Assembly: GCA_050293845.1 (NCBI GenBank)
Contig: JBNKNM010000006.1
Span: 28,563-70,373 of the forward strand
Direction of reading: 5' to 3'
Origin: Pseudobacteriovorax sp.
GTDB lineage: Bacteria > Bdellovibrionota_B > Oligoflexia > Oligoflexales > Oligoflexaceae
DNA: 41,811 bases
Below the pieces are notes generated by a model, which had not been told where the DNA came from, ran no database searches, and saw only the letters and a list, made by a program, of their open reading frames with translations. The position numbers and the translations under genes are program-made. Each line of letters opens with the position of its first letter. The stretch's first letter is position 1. Shown piece after piece: positions 1 to 9,921 of the stretch.

Positions 1-1206
1 AAAGAACTACTAATAAATAAAGTCAAAAATCGTAGTCAGGTGCAGATACGCACTGCTTTACGAGGGGTTTCTATTTCTGCTAGAGAAGGCGAATGTATCG
101 GACTCATTGGTCATAATGGGTGTGGTAAGTCCACTCTTTTAAAGTGTTTAGCCGGCATCATCAACCCAAGGTCAGGCCATTTGGAAGTTAGGGGGCGTGT
201 AGCGCCTCTCATTGAGCTGGGTGCGGGATTTGATCCAGAGCTGACAGGTCGGGAAAATGTTTACTTATCATGTGCCTTGATGGGACTTACATCTAAAGAA
301 GTTGATAAGATTATCGACGCGATCGAAAACTTTGCCGATATCGGTGAGTTTTTCGAACTGCCGGTAAAAACCTATAGTAGTGGTATGTATATGCGATTGG
401 CATTCGCGAGCACCAGCTCCATTAATGCCGCTATCATACTTATTGATGAAATCCTCGCAGTAGGAGATGACTCCTTTCAAAAAAAATGCTTAAAGCGTAT
501 GGAAGAGATACGTCACTCCGGATCCACTATTATTATCGTTTCCCATGACCTTACTAACTTAGCTAAAATGGCTGATAGTATTTATGTCCTGGATGAGGGA
601 AAGGTTACCTTCTCGGGCCACCCCACACATGCCATTGACTTCTACAAAAACTTGTTGCGACAAAGAGAGCTCAATGCCATGCCAGCCGCCTTACGCATTG
701 AGATACAGCGCCAAGAAAAGCTCAAAAAAAACTCGGCAGAACAATTAGGTACCAAGGGCCGGATTATTTCCTGTCAAGTTTCACCCCAAGACCAAGAAGG
801 CGCTATAAAGTCTGGAAATGCTTGTTCTCTCAAGCTCTTGTTAGAGTTTAAAGTAGAGCTAGAAAATCCCACCATCGGCTTTGCTATTAGCACTTTAGGT
901 GGAGTTAGGATTTTCGGAGGCAATACCAAGATTTTCAAAGGGAAACTACAAAAATCCAGCAAACAATACCTTGGTAGACATTTGGTAGCCTTCAACTTCA
1001 CCGCCCTTAATTTAGCATCAGGTCAGTACAAAGTGATTGCAGCCATTCATAACGCCGACCTTACCGAAACCATCGATATCCGTCATGATATTCTAACGTT
1101 TACAGTAGTCGATGAAGCGGATAAGCGTAATTTTGACCAGGATCTACTAGCATCGCACAAAATTCTAGACCATTTAGAAATTTATCATACTAATTCTATA
1201 AGTTAA
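1..1206 (+). CDS. wzt: Polysaccharide ABC exporter ATP-binding subunit (Wzt/RgpD type) with C-terminal Wzt_C carbohydrate-binding domain; 5' end lies outside the window
   Basis: Walker A GHNGCGKST, LGAGFDPELTGREN, signature YSSGMYMRLAF, Walker B IILIDEILAVGD, H-loop VSHD. The frame is open from base 1 (KELLINKVKNRSQV), so the GTG at 40 is probably not the start. Beta-rich C-terminal extension. Confidence 0.93.
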   Translation, partial: KELLINKVKNRSQVQIRTALRGVSISAREGECIGLIGHNGCGKSTLLKCLAGIINPRSGHLEVRGRVAPLIELGAGFDPELTGRENVYLSCALMGLTSKEVDKIIDAIENFADIGEFFELPVKTYSSGMYMRLAFASTSSINAAIILIDEILAVGDDSFQKKCLKRMEEIRHSGSTIIIVSHDLTNLAKMADSIYVLDEGKVTFSGHPTHAIDFYKNLLRQRELNAMPAALRIEIQRQEKLKKNSAEQLGTKGRIISCQVSPQDQEGAIKSGNACSLKLLLEFKVELENPTIGFAISTLGGVRIFGGNTKIFKGKLQKSSKQYLGRHLVAFNFTALNLASGQYKVIAAIHNADLTETIDIRHDILTFTVVDEADKRNFDQDLLASHKILDHLEIYHTNSIS

Positions 1207-1219
1207 TCGAAGGCTTAAA

Positions 1220-3370
1220 TTGGGAATCATAAAAAAAACAAGAACTATTAGTAGCTTAATTGCCGCCCGCGATTGGGGGGGGATTGCCTTAAGATTTGCC
1301 AAGTATGGCCTCATGCACTTTGTACCCAGTAGAATTATAGCAGCTCCAGAGGCAGCACCTCAGGCATCTATTACAAAAAAACAATTCAACGAAGAAGCTA
1401 AACGAAAGTTTTCCGAGTTTTTATTTCGCGACGGACGGTTGGTGTTTCCTAAAATTGAACACCCTAAAGTGGCTATTATCCTCATCCTCTACAATAAAGC
1501 TGAATTAACGTATCTTTGTCTTGAATCACTCATCGCTAATTGTAACGAAGCTGCTGCTGAGCTTATCATTATCGACAACATGTCCACCGATGCCACCGAT
1601 GAACTCTTAAATCGAATCGAGCATTGTAGGATCGTTAAGAATAAAGAAAATATCGGTTTTCTAAGAGCATGTAATCAAGCTGCAAGCTTGGTTCGCGCTA
1701 AAAATATTCTATTTTTGAATAATGACACTATTGTGCACACAGGTTCGCTTCAACAAGCTCTGTTGACCTTGGAAAGTGATGCATCTATTGGCGCAGTGGG
1801 AGCTCGCATCATCCTGACAGATGGCAGCCTGCAGGAAGCTGGAAATGTCATGTGGAATGACGGCACCTGTCACTCCTATGGTAGAGGCTGCCACCCGGAA
1901 GCTGGTGAGTTTATGTTCCAACGTCCTACTGACTATTGCTCCGGAGCTTTTTTATTAACACGTACAAAAATTTTTCAAGATATGGGCGGCTTCGATGCCC
2001 AATTTGCCCCAGCTTACTATGAAGAGACTGACTACTGCCTCACCCTGCAACAACGAGGATTCAAAATAATTTACGAGCCACGGGCTAGCATAACTCACTT
2101 TGAGTTTGGGAGTTCAGAACTGTCCACCTTTGCTGTTGATATGATGAATCAAAACCGCAGAAAACTCACAGCTAAGCATAGTTCTTTTCTTAAAGAAAAG
2201 CCCTTACCAAGCAAAGCTAACTTTTCTAATCGATCTCCTCAAGAACTCTTACGCCCCAAACTGCTTTATATTGATGATGCCCCTCCTAGTAGCTGCTTAG
2301 GAGCTGGTTTTCCCCGATCGTTAGAAATTTTAAAGATTTTGTCTCAGCACTACGACATCACAATTTTTCCAACAGTGAGTGCTGATCTAGGCTGGCATGA
2401 AATATACAGGGAAATTCCACGAAATATTGAAATCATCAAAAATGCTGTATTGCCTAAACTACGTCCGTTTCTTAAGGATCGAAAGGGTTTTTACCAAACC
2501 ATATGGATATCTAGACCTCATAATATGGCATTTTTAGTTGACTATTGTCTGCCATTTATTGACAGAAATGCTATAAAGATTGTCTACGACGCCGAGGCGG
2601 TTTTCGAAGAACGCACTACTCTAGAACGGGACATTCTAGGTAAAGCTTCAAAGCCCTTATACAAAAGTAAAAAATTTACGGAGAAGCAACTAGCTAACCA
2701 TGCCGACATAGTCTCGGCAGTATCTAGAAAGGACCTACTAACAATCAGGTCATCTGGCCCTGGGTTTGTCATAGGCCACGACCTTGAAAACCACTTTACA
2801 ACTAAAACGTTTGAAGACCGCAGCGATATAGTATTTTTAGGTTCCATACATGGTCATCCTACACCTAACTCTGACGCTCTATTTTGGTTTCTAGACGAGG
2901 TTATGCCACAAATAAAAAAACAGCGACCTGAATCTAAACTCCACGTTGTTGGCTTTAATAGACTTAAAGACGAGAAAGTCTTTGCTCCTTACCGATCTCA
3001 GGTTGAATTTCACGGACGCGTTAAAGATCTTCATCAATGCCTCGATCAGTTTCGCCTGATGGTTATCCCCACTCGTTATGCCGCTGGAATTCCTCAAAAA
3101 GCCTATGATGCTTGTGCCATAGGCTTGCCCTGTGTCGTTACCGACCTTATCCGTGAACAAATGTCGTGGCAAGATGGAGTCCATTGCTTATCAGCCCCGG
3201 TTAATGACTCCATAAAATTCGCTGAACAATGTATTTTAGGCTTAAAAAATCGAGAAATTTGGCAGAAATTACGCCATGGTTTGGAAAATTTCATTACAGA
3301 AAGCAAGCATCACTCGATTGGACAGCAAACCACCCACTTAGTAGAAAGTTTGAAATCCCTGAGGAATTAA
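1220..3370 (+). CDS. Two-domain glycosyltransferase (N-terminal GT2, C-terminal GT4-like)
   Basis: GT2 motifs IIDNMSTD, NIGFLRACNQA, LFLNNDT, DYCSGA, GGFD..FAPAYYEETD. C-terminal GT-B features FLGS..PN.DA..WF and P.RYAAG...K..A...GLP.V.T. Confidence 0.9.
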   Translation: MGIIKKTRTISSLIAARDWGGIALRFAKYGLMHFVPSRIIAAPEAAPQASITKKQFNEEAKRKFSEFLFRDGRLVFPKIEHPKVAIILILYNKAELTYLCLESLIANCNEAAAELIIIDNMSTDATDELLNRIEHCRIVKNKENIGFLRACNQAASLVRAKNILFLNNDTIVHTGSLQQALLTLESDASIGAVGARIILTDGSLQEAGNVMWNDGTCHSYGRGCHPEAGEFMFQRPTDYCSGAFLLTRTKIFQDMGGFDAQFAPAYYEETDYCLTLQQRGFKIIYEPRASITHFEFGSSELSTFAVDMMNQNRRKLTAKHSSFLKEKPLPSKANFSNRSPQELLRPKLLYIDDAPPSSCLGAGFPRSLEILKILSQHYDITIFPTVSADLGWHEIYREIPRNIEIIKNAVLPKLRPFLKDRKGFYQTIWISRPHNMAFLVDYCLPFIDRNAIKIVYDAEAVFEERTTLERDILGKASKPLYKSKKFTEKQLANHADIVSAVSRKDLLTIRSSGPGFVIGHDLENHFTTKTFEDRSDIVFLGSIHGHPTPNSDALFWFLDEVMPQIKKQRPESKLHVVGFNRLKDEKVFAPYRSQVEFHGRVKDLHQCLDQFRLMVIPTRYAAGIPQKAYDACAIGLPCVVTDLIREQMSWQDGVHCLSAPVNDSIKFAEQCILGLKNREIWQKLRHGLENFITESKHHSIGQQTTHLVESLKSLRN

Positions 3371-3372
3371 AA

Positions 3373-4326
3373 TTGGAAACGTTTACTCGTTATTATAATA
3401 GAGTTAAGACAAGGTCATCGGCTATAAACAGATACCTGATTGCTAAAGGTAAGAAAGAGGAACACGAAGGGTCCTATGTACTCGAAAAAGCTCACTCAGT
3501 AGCTTTGTTTGCCCATTGGGACCCCCATGGAGTCATTGATGATTATGTTATAAACTACCTTAAAATACTATGCGATAATGATATCGCTACCATCCTTGTC
3601 TCCACCGCTCCCCGTTTAGAGCATGACTCTCTTAAACAAGCTTTAAAATATACTTATCGCATTTTTTTACGTGAAAATATTGGATTGGACTTTGCATCGT
3701 GGAAATTAGCGATTTTGGAAGTTCCAGAAATAAATACATTTGAGCATTTGCTGTTTCTCAACGATAGTGTTTACGGGCCCTTTCATGACATCTCTCCCAC
3801 CATACAAAAACTGAGATCCAAAGAAAATGGATTATGGGGTATGAACGATAGCTTGGAAAAAAACTGCCACCATATACAGTCCTTTTTCTTATCGCTTACC
3901 CCCGAAGTTATCCACCATCCCTATTTTAAAAAATTTCTAAATAGGGTAGGGATTATTACTGATAAAGAAGAAGTCATCATGCGCTATGAAGTAGGCCTTG
4001 GTGCGAGAACGACCGGATCAAAAGTTGAACTAAAGCCCCTTTTTCCCTTTAAAAAAATTGCTAACTATTGCCTATCCTTAGGGGAGGGTTTTCAGTATGC
4101 AGATTGGGCCCAAAGAGGACCTTTTAATACCACTATTTTTGCGTGGGATATACTCCTCGAAAAGTTCCATTACCCTCTATTAAAAACAGAAGTATTAAAG
4201 CTAGATCGTTTCCACAGCAGAAGTATCCCGTATTGGAGAGATTTCATACCTCAAGAGGGCAAATATATGATTCCTAAAATTGAAAAACATCTAAGCAGAA
4301 TAGCTCCTAATAGTAAGGGGCTATAA
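3373..4326 (+). CDS. Rhamnan synthesis F (RgpF)-family protein
   Basis: LFAHWDPHGVIDDYV..YL, RENIGLDFASWK, FLNDSVYGPF, LWGM, HIQSFF and I.RYEVGL motifs typical of RgpF-family rhamnosyltransferases. Start moved to TTG 3373 (GAGGA upstream), which removes the 142-bp overlap of the ORF-track call. Confidence 0.85.
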   Translation: METFTRYYNRVKTRSSAINRYLIAKGKKEEHEGSYVLEKAHSVALFAHWDPHGVIDDYVINYLKILCDNDIATILVSTAPRLEHDSLKQALKYTYRIFLRENIGLDFASWKLAILEVPEINTFEHLLFLNDSVYGPFHDISPTIQKLRSKENGLWGMNDSLEKNCHHIQSFFLSLTPEVIHHPYFKKFLNRVGIITDKEEVIMRYEVGLGARTTGSKVELKPLFPFKKIANYCLSLGEGFQYADWAQRGPFNTTIFAWDILLEKFHYPLLKTEVLKLDRFHSRSIPYWRDFIPQEGKYMIPKIEKHLSRIAPNSKGL

Positions 4327-4343
4327 AAAGATAAGGTATACAG

Positions 4344-6428
4344 ATGTTGTCTTTTATCCAGATCAGCATTAGTAAAATAAGAGCAAACTATCTATGGGCT
4401 TTACAGATTGCAGCAGTTATATTTCTTTCAATAAGTTGCGTAGTAAGCTTTAAAACAAATGAATTCTTCAACAGTCCTTTTTGGTTATTAGACAACTCTG
4501 GAGAGCTGAAGGCAGAGCAAATTATCCTAACTCCAAAGTCTAAATTTCCGGAAACTTTTATTGCTCAATCACGTGGAAACCGGTTTTTATATAGATCTCA
4601 ACTACTGAAGACAAAAGTTGCCGTTCAAAATTTTATTGAGGAAAATAGGGTTCTACTAGAGTCAAAACCCTTTGCCTTTACAAATAAAATAAATGTAAAG
4701 TATAGAAGTGCAAAAAATCTCTTATCCTCTGATGCTTTAATTCTAACCCTCAATGATAGTATAGAATCCCTTCCTCTCAAGGTAGAGGATATTAGCCGTG
4801 ACACGCTACCTTTTCAATTCTCAGTAAATCTTCCTCCATCTGTATATAAAGCGAAAGTAGAGCTTTTCTCTCAAGTAGGATCTGTAGCAATCGATACAAA
4901 AATAGATCCAGGAGGCCGCGTATGGCTAAATGCAACAGCAGGCTTGTTAGATCTCAATTTTTTTGACTATCTATCTAACTTATTCTCTAAAAATGTATTC
5001 CGGGGCTTAGGTTACACTTTTTCAGGCTTCTGTTTATTACTTGCCGTTTATTTTTTAGAAAAATTGCACATATCTATACTATTACTAGTAACTTCTTTGA
5101 TCTTCATGGTTTTCTCAGGAACTGATTCCATGAGTGGTCATGACGAAACAGCACATCTGACAATGCTATATCAATCAACAATAGCAGATAATGTTTCTCA
5201 AGCTGATTTTTACGAAGACACTTATCAATATTTAGAAGCCCATGACTTCTATTTTTTACACAAGATAAATCCTGTAAAAAACATGTGTCCCCATAAGGTT
5301 ATTGGTCACTGTGGCATAAATTTTCGTCCGTTAAAATTGTATAAAAGTATTGCCCAGCTCCCTATTTGGAACATTCAGCTTCATAAAAATACAGCTGATA
5401 GGCTATCCTTCATATTTCGATGCTTAACTCTGCTTATAATTATTGTTTATATGGGACTTAATTTTTTGGGGGAGAATAACTTTACGGCAATCTCCTTGTG
5501 TTTTTTGCTATGTGGGACCTTCTGGGGATACCTACCTAGTGTTTCTAACGACTTACCTTTCTACTTTTGTGGATTCCTAGGTTTAAGTGCGCTTCTCTCG
5601 ATCCTACATTCCCACAAAAATAAGTGGCTGGTGGCGGTCCCCATTATAGGGCTCCTTATCTCTACAATTTGGCTACTAAAAGGAATCGATCGTTCGTGGA
5701 TATTCTTTTTATTGTATTTACCATTTTTATTGATTTTAGTTTTTCCAAACCGGAACCCTACTATTAAACACTATCATGAAAGGTTTATATATGAGTTGCT
5801 ATTATTCATAGTGTACTTCCTATTAATAGTTACTTTAAGCTTCGGAATTGCTTCTTTTCCTAGACTATTTACAGAAGATTATATTGGCATTAATATATGG
5901 CAGAAACTGGCAGAATTGACTGACAAACAAATTCTTAGAATACTTGGAATAGATGACTTCATCAATTTAAGCAACTATTTCACATTCCTAAAACTTCATC
6001 TTAAATCTCTTTTTGGGACTTTCGTTTGGGGCCATAGTAAACTTCCTGCATGGATTTATAGCACTCTATTCACTGCATGGATCTATCTTTCATTTCTAGG
6101 CTGGCTTTGGCTTAGAAAAAGCTTCCGTCTTAACCAACAGCTATATATATTTGGCGTGCTAGCAGCAGCCTTAGTCGGTACTATCATCGCTATGCTTACC
6201 ATTTCAGTACCTTACCTGGACAAGCCTTTGCAATATGAGTCCTTTACAAAAGTCCGATTAGCAGCCCCATCGATATTCTTCTACATGTTCCTTCCTGCTA
6301 TAGGGGCATTCTCTCTGAAGAAAGGTGATTCAAACGCTAATATCATTTCATTCAGTTTTATTATTGTCTTGATAAGCCTCTATACTATGTACCTACCCCA
6401 ATTTTTCTTCTATGATAAATTTTGGTAG
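4344..6428 (+). CDS. Polytopic membrane protein, probable GT-C glycosyltransferase (DUF2142/GacL-like)
   Basis: N-terminal TM, ~180-aa soluble region, then roughly 10-12 hydrophobic segments. GHDETAH in an early loop resembles the PDExxH motif of DUF2142/GT-C enzymes, and the gene sits inside the glycan cluster. Confidence 0.6.
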   Translation: MLSFIQISISKIRANYLWALQIAAVIFLSISCVVSFKTNEFFNSPFWLLDNSGELKAEQIILTPKSKFPETFIAQSRGNRFLYRSQLLKTKVAVQNFIEENRVLLESKPFAFTNKINVKYRSAKNLLSSDALILTLNDSIESLPLKVEDISRDTLPFQFSVNLPPSVYKAKVELFSQVGSVAIDTKIDPGGRVWLNATAGLLDLNFFDYLSNLFSKNVFRGLGYTFSGFCLLLAVYFLEKLHISILLLVTSLIFMVFSGTDSMSGHDETAHLTMLYQSTIADNVSQADFYEDTYQYLEAHDFYFLHKINPVKNMCPHKVIGHCGINFRPLKLYKSIAQLPIWNIQLHKNTADRLSFIFRCLTLLIIIVYMGLNFLGENNFTAISLCFLLCGTFWGYLPSVSNDLPFYFCGFLGLSALLSILHSHKNKWLVAVPIIGLLISTIWLLKGIDRSWIFFLLYLPFLLILVFPNRNPTIKHYHERFIYELLLFIVYFLLIVTLSFGIASFPRLFTEDYIGINIWQKLAELTDKQILRILGIDDFINLSNYFTFLKLHLKSLFGTFVWGHSKLPAWIYSTLFTAWIYLSFLGWLWLRKSFRLNQQLYIFGVLAAALVGTIIAMLTISVPYLDKPLQYESFTKVRLAAPSIFFYMFLPAIGAFSLKKGDSNANIISFSFIIVLISLYTMYLPQFFFYDKFW

Positions 6429-6439
6429 CGCCAGCAACA

Positions 6440-7369
6440 ATGAGGGCCAAAATACAATTGAATGAAGAGCAACCAAGAACATACATTACTATATGTATAC
6501 CATATTATTCTAGTCCTGACCTGCTTATTAGGGCCATAGATAGTGTATTCCACCAAACTAATCCGCATTGGCAATTAAAAATTTTTGATGATAATCCTGC
6601 AGCTCCTCTCGATAGAAGCTTGATTGCTAATTTCCTAAAAGATCGCCGCGTTAGCTACCACCTCAATCCTAAAAATTTAGGCATAGGCGGTAATTGGAAT
6701 CGTTGCCTTAGCCATGGTTCCTCAAACTTAGTTACCATTCTCCATTCTGATGATGAACTCTTACCCAATTATGTCGATATTATGGCGAAGGCACACAGCC
6801 ACAACCCAAATGACACCTTATTTTTTTGTGAAGCAGAGATCATCGATGCGAAGGGAAGACCAATATTTTCCTTTGTTGATTGGATAAAGTTTTTTTTCAA
6901 GCATCAGGCGTTAAAGCGAGGCCGGCGTTTGCAAGGAGACAGCGGTGCTGCCGGTATTTTAAAGGGTTGTTTTATTATGTGCCCCACTATTTGCTATAAC
7001 ACCAGCAAATTGGGCAATCTTCGATTCCATGAAAACCTGAACATGGTGCTGGATTTGGACTTTTACATGCAAGTTCTCCAGGCAGGGGAGTCGATTGTGG
7101 CGGTACCCGAAATAGCTTATCGCTACCGACGTCACTCCCAAAATCAGACCAGTAAACTTAATAGTAATTTTGATCGCTTCCATGAGGAATCTGCTTATTA
7201 CAAGTCACTTCATGAAGTATTTAGCAAATTGGGCTGGAAAAAAAGCGCTAAAGTTGCCAGTAAAAGAAGGGTTATCAAGCTGCATCTCACAGTACTTATC
7301 GTAAAAGACCTTCTATATGGAAATCTTACAGCGGTAAGCGGGAAAATCAAACTATTGAAGGTAGTATAA
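6440..7369 (+). CDS. GT2 family glycosyltransferase
   Basis: ITICIPYY, IFDD, NLGIGGNWN, ILHSDDEL (DxD-like), DLDF and YRYRRHSQN motifs. ATG at 6440 preferred over TTG 6422. Confidence 0.88.
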   Translation: MRAKIQLNEEQPRTYITICIPYYSSPDLLIRAIDSVFHQTNPHWQLKIFDDNPAAPLDRSLIANFLKDRRVSYHLNPKNLGIGGNWNRCLSHGSSNLVTILHSDDELLPNYVDIMAKAHSHNPNDTLFFCEAEIIDAKGRPIFSFVDWIKFFFKHQALKRGRRLQGDSGAAGILKGCFIMCPTICYNTSKLGNLRFHENLNMVLDLDFYMQVLQAGESIVAVPEIAYRYRRHSQNQTSKLNSNFDRFHEESAYYKSLHEVFSKLGWKKSAKVASKRRVIKLHLTVLIVKDLLYGNLTAVSGKIKLLKVV

Positions 7370-8421
7370 TGTCTATTTTACTCTCAGTTGTAATAGGAAT
7401 ATCGCTATTTTTTACTTTTTCACAGTTTGGGGGAAGGCTATCAGCAAGATCATCTCTAGTTTGGTGGCTGGTGGGTATTTTTTTGCTAGTCAGCTCCACC
7501 ATACCAGAAATGCTGGTACCCATAGCACACTTTCTGAATATTGAACTGGTTAGCAACTTTGTTCTTGCCAGCCTTGTATTTTTCCTATTCTTACAAACGT
7601 TAGAACTCGCTAGTGAAAGTACGCGACATATGAGGAGTCATCGCTCCTTGGTCTCTGCCATAGCAGCAAGAAACTACAAACGGGAAAATAGGACAGGTAA
7701 ATCTTTGTTAATTTTACCCTGCTTTAACGAAGAACAAAACCTCAAGCAAATTATCCCTCGGGTTCTTAAAACGACGCAAAACACTAACATCGACTTTTGT
7801 ATTATTGATGATGGTTCCCAGGATAATAGCACCTTCATTTTAGAATCACTGTGTCCTAAAAATTTTGTCCATCATGAAGTCAATATTGGAGTCTCGGGTG
7901 TTCTGTTAACTGCCTTTAAAATTGCTAAAAGAGAAAACTATGATTACGTTATTCAATGTGATTCTGACGGTCAGCACCCCATTGAAAAGATTCCCGAACT
8001 ATTAAAATTCAGCAAAGATCACAACTTAGATCTGCTTGTGGGAAGTAGATTTGCACTACAATCGAAGATTAAGGAAAATAAAAAAAGCACGTCTTCCCTA
8101 AGGCTATTTGGAATTTATTTGATTCGTATCGGTCTAGGTATCTTTGGGCAATTTCGTGTGATCAAAGACCCCACATCCGGTTTTAGAGTTTATAGTAGAA
8201 GAGCCTGTAATAGTTTAGTTCAAAATATGCCTGACGATTACCCGGAACCCGAATCGATAGCGATACTGGCTATCGAAAAGATGCGGATTGCAGAGTTTGG
8301 AGTTACAATGATGCCACGCATGGCAGGTGAATCAAGCTTACGGTATTTAAAAACAGGCCGCTATATGGTTAAGGTACTATCTTCTCTTCTTGGATTAGGG
8401 TTACGATCTGCGATAAAATAA
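7369..8421 (+). CDS. Fusion of an N-terminal DUF2304 (GacJ-like) 3-TM domain and a DPM1/GacI-like GT2 (undecaprenyl-P sugar synthase)
   Basis: aa 1-100: three TM helices with W, P and IELVSNF plus a coiled C-tail. aa 112-350: LPCFNEE, DDGSQD, QCDSDGQH, GSRF, DPTSGFR, PDDYPEPES, YMVKV. Coupled to the upstream gene by TAATG. Confidence 0.8.
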   Translation: MSILLSVVIGISLFFTFSQFGGRLSARSSLVWWLVGIFLLVSSTIPEMLVPIAHFLNIELVSNFVLASLVFFLFLQTLELASESTRHMRSHRSLVSAIAARNYKRENRTGKSLLILPCFNEEQNLKQIIPRVLKTTQNTNIDFCIIDDGSQDNSTFILESLCPKNFVHHEVNIGVSGVLLTAFKIAKRENYDYVIQCDSDGQHPIEKIPELLKFSKDHNLDLLVGSRFALQSKIKENKKSTSSLRLFGIYLIRIGLGIFGQFRVIKDPTSGFRVYSRRACNSLVQNMPDDYPEPESIAILAIEKMRIAEFGVTMMPRMAGESSLRYLKTGRYMVKVLSSLLGLGLRSAIK

Positions 8422-8651
8422 AGATTAATTTTTGATCTGAGTCACGACTTTCGGAGAAAACTATTATTATGACAAGTAAATGATTTGTCATGACATGCCC
8501 GGATAGTAGTCTTACTTTTAAATACAAATTGTTAACCTGGTACCAGAAAAGCTACCGTGTTATGCTACGAAAGTGGTGTGTATTATTGTCGTTCAAAATA
8601 AATATTCCTAAGAATGGAATATTTTAGACTTAAGGTACTTTTTACTCATTG

Positions 8652-9608
8652 ATGTTCCGCTTACTATATAAAATAATCGAAGTGTTTAGGTTATTCCAAC
8701 CGCGATCCTTACTTCAGTTCCCCGGTATAGAAGACTTAGGAGACCCCCTTCTCTCAGACCACCCAGAAAGGATCATTGGAGTCATTTTACCATTTAAAAA
8801 CAAGGCTAGAATGACAATCGCTTGTCTCGAAAAACTTGTTAAGCAAACCACCCCCATGCACCTCATCCTGATAGATAATGATAGCTCTCCCGAACAGCTC
8901 GCCTTGATCCAAGACTATCTTAAGGATTTTAGCTCTCCTTATAAGCTATTAGCTTTTAAGGACAAATTTAACTTTTCAAAGATTTGTAACCGCGGTGTTT
9001 CCGCACTCCCCCCCTCCGTGGATACTCTACTTTTTCTCAATAATGACGTAGAGTTACGAAACCCATCCACCCTTAAGTCCTGCAGTGATGTCCTGTGGAG
9101 CGTGGATGATGTGGGTTGCATAGGCCTTAAGCTTCTCTACCCCAATGGAAGATTGCAACATCTTTTCGCTTTGCCGGGCTGCAAAGTTATTGCATCACAC
9201 CCTTACAAGGGTGCTGAGCCTAATCAAAGCAGTCTATTCAATGCAGTACTAAAGGTGCCAGCTGTCACCGGTGCTTATATAATGATGAAAAGCGAGGTTT
9301 TTACCAAAGTAGGGGGGTTTGATGAGACTCTAGGTAGTGCAGGTCAAGATATTGATCTATGTTTAAAAGCAAGAGCATTAGGCTACTCAATTATCTCTAT
9401 GGCGAAACTTAGCGGAATTCACTATGAGAGCTACTCCCGTAGAAATAATAAGCTGAACCCCGAAGAAATCACCTATTTTTATACCAAGTGGCTATCCTAC
9501 CTAAGACAAAATTCCTTCATCCCAAAAAATCACAGTAACTGGACGGAAACACCTTGCTATAATTTTGGTGGTGGCTCATATCCATGGGAAAGAGTAATTA
9601 ATTTATGA
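8652..9608 (+). CDS. GT2 family glycosyltransferase
   Basis: ILPFKN, LIDNDS, FNFSKICNRG, LFLNNDVE, AVTGA, GGFDE, DIDLCLK and HYESYSR motifs. Confidence 0.88.
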   Translation: MFRLLYKIIEVFRLFQPRSLLQFPGIEDLGDPLLSDHPERIIGVILPFKNKARMTIACLEKLVKQTTPMHLILIDNDSSPEQLALIQDYLKDFSSPYKLLAFKDKFNFSKICNRGVSALPPSVDTLLFLNNDVELRNPSTLKSCSDVLWSVDDVGCIGLKLLYPNGRLQHLFALPGCKVIASHPYKGAEPNQSSLFNAVLKVPAVTGAYIMMKSEVFTKVGGFDETLGSAGQDIDLCLKARALGYSIISMAKLSGIHYESYSRRNNKLNPEEITYFYTKWLSYLRQNSFIPKNHSNWTETPCYNFGGGSYPWERVINL

Positions 9609-9696
9609 CATGGAGTGCCAGAGTGCATCAATCGGCTTACTCTTTATAAATATTCCTTGCAAAGTCACCAGGAAATTTATATATAAGCATCTCTCC

Positions 9697-9773
9697 GCAC
9701 CCGTAGCTCAGCTGGATAGAGCATCAGACTACGAATCTGGAGGTCGGGCGTTCGAATCGCTCCGGGTGCGCCA
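9697..9773 (+). tRNA. tRNA-Arg(ACG)
   Basis: GCACCCG acceptor stem pairing with CGGGTGC, D-arm TAGCTCAGCTGGATAGAGC, anticodon arm TCAGA-CT-ACG-AA-TCTGG, T-loop GTTCGAATC, encoded CCA. Confidence 0.98.
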
Positions 9774-9921
9774 TATTTCTTATCAATAAAATCTTCCCTA
9801 CATCCAGACTTTTTCAATTTATTCCTTTCCCTAGCGTTTGGGGAATGAGATGATTTACAGAGCAGCAATAAGCCCATGCGTGACTACTTCAATGAAACCT
9901 AAACAAAAGGACTAATTTTGA

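Noticed and set aside
3229..3372. Long overlap or programmed frameshift between the GT2-GT4 gene and the RgpF-like gene
   Set aside because: A TTG at 3373 with a GAGGA RBS, 2 bp after the upstream stop, explains the junction without recoding.
9755..9773. tRNA-Arg 3' end as the att site of an integrated island
   Set aside because: No duplicate of the tRNA 3' end and no integrase were seen in the window.
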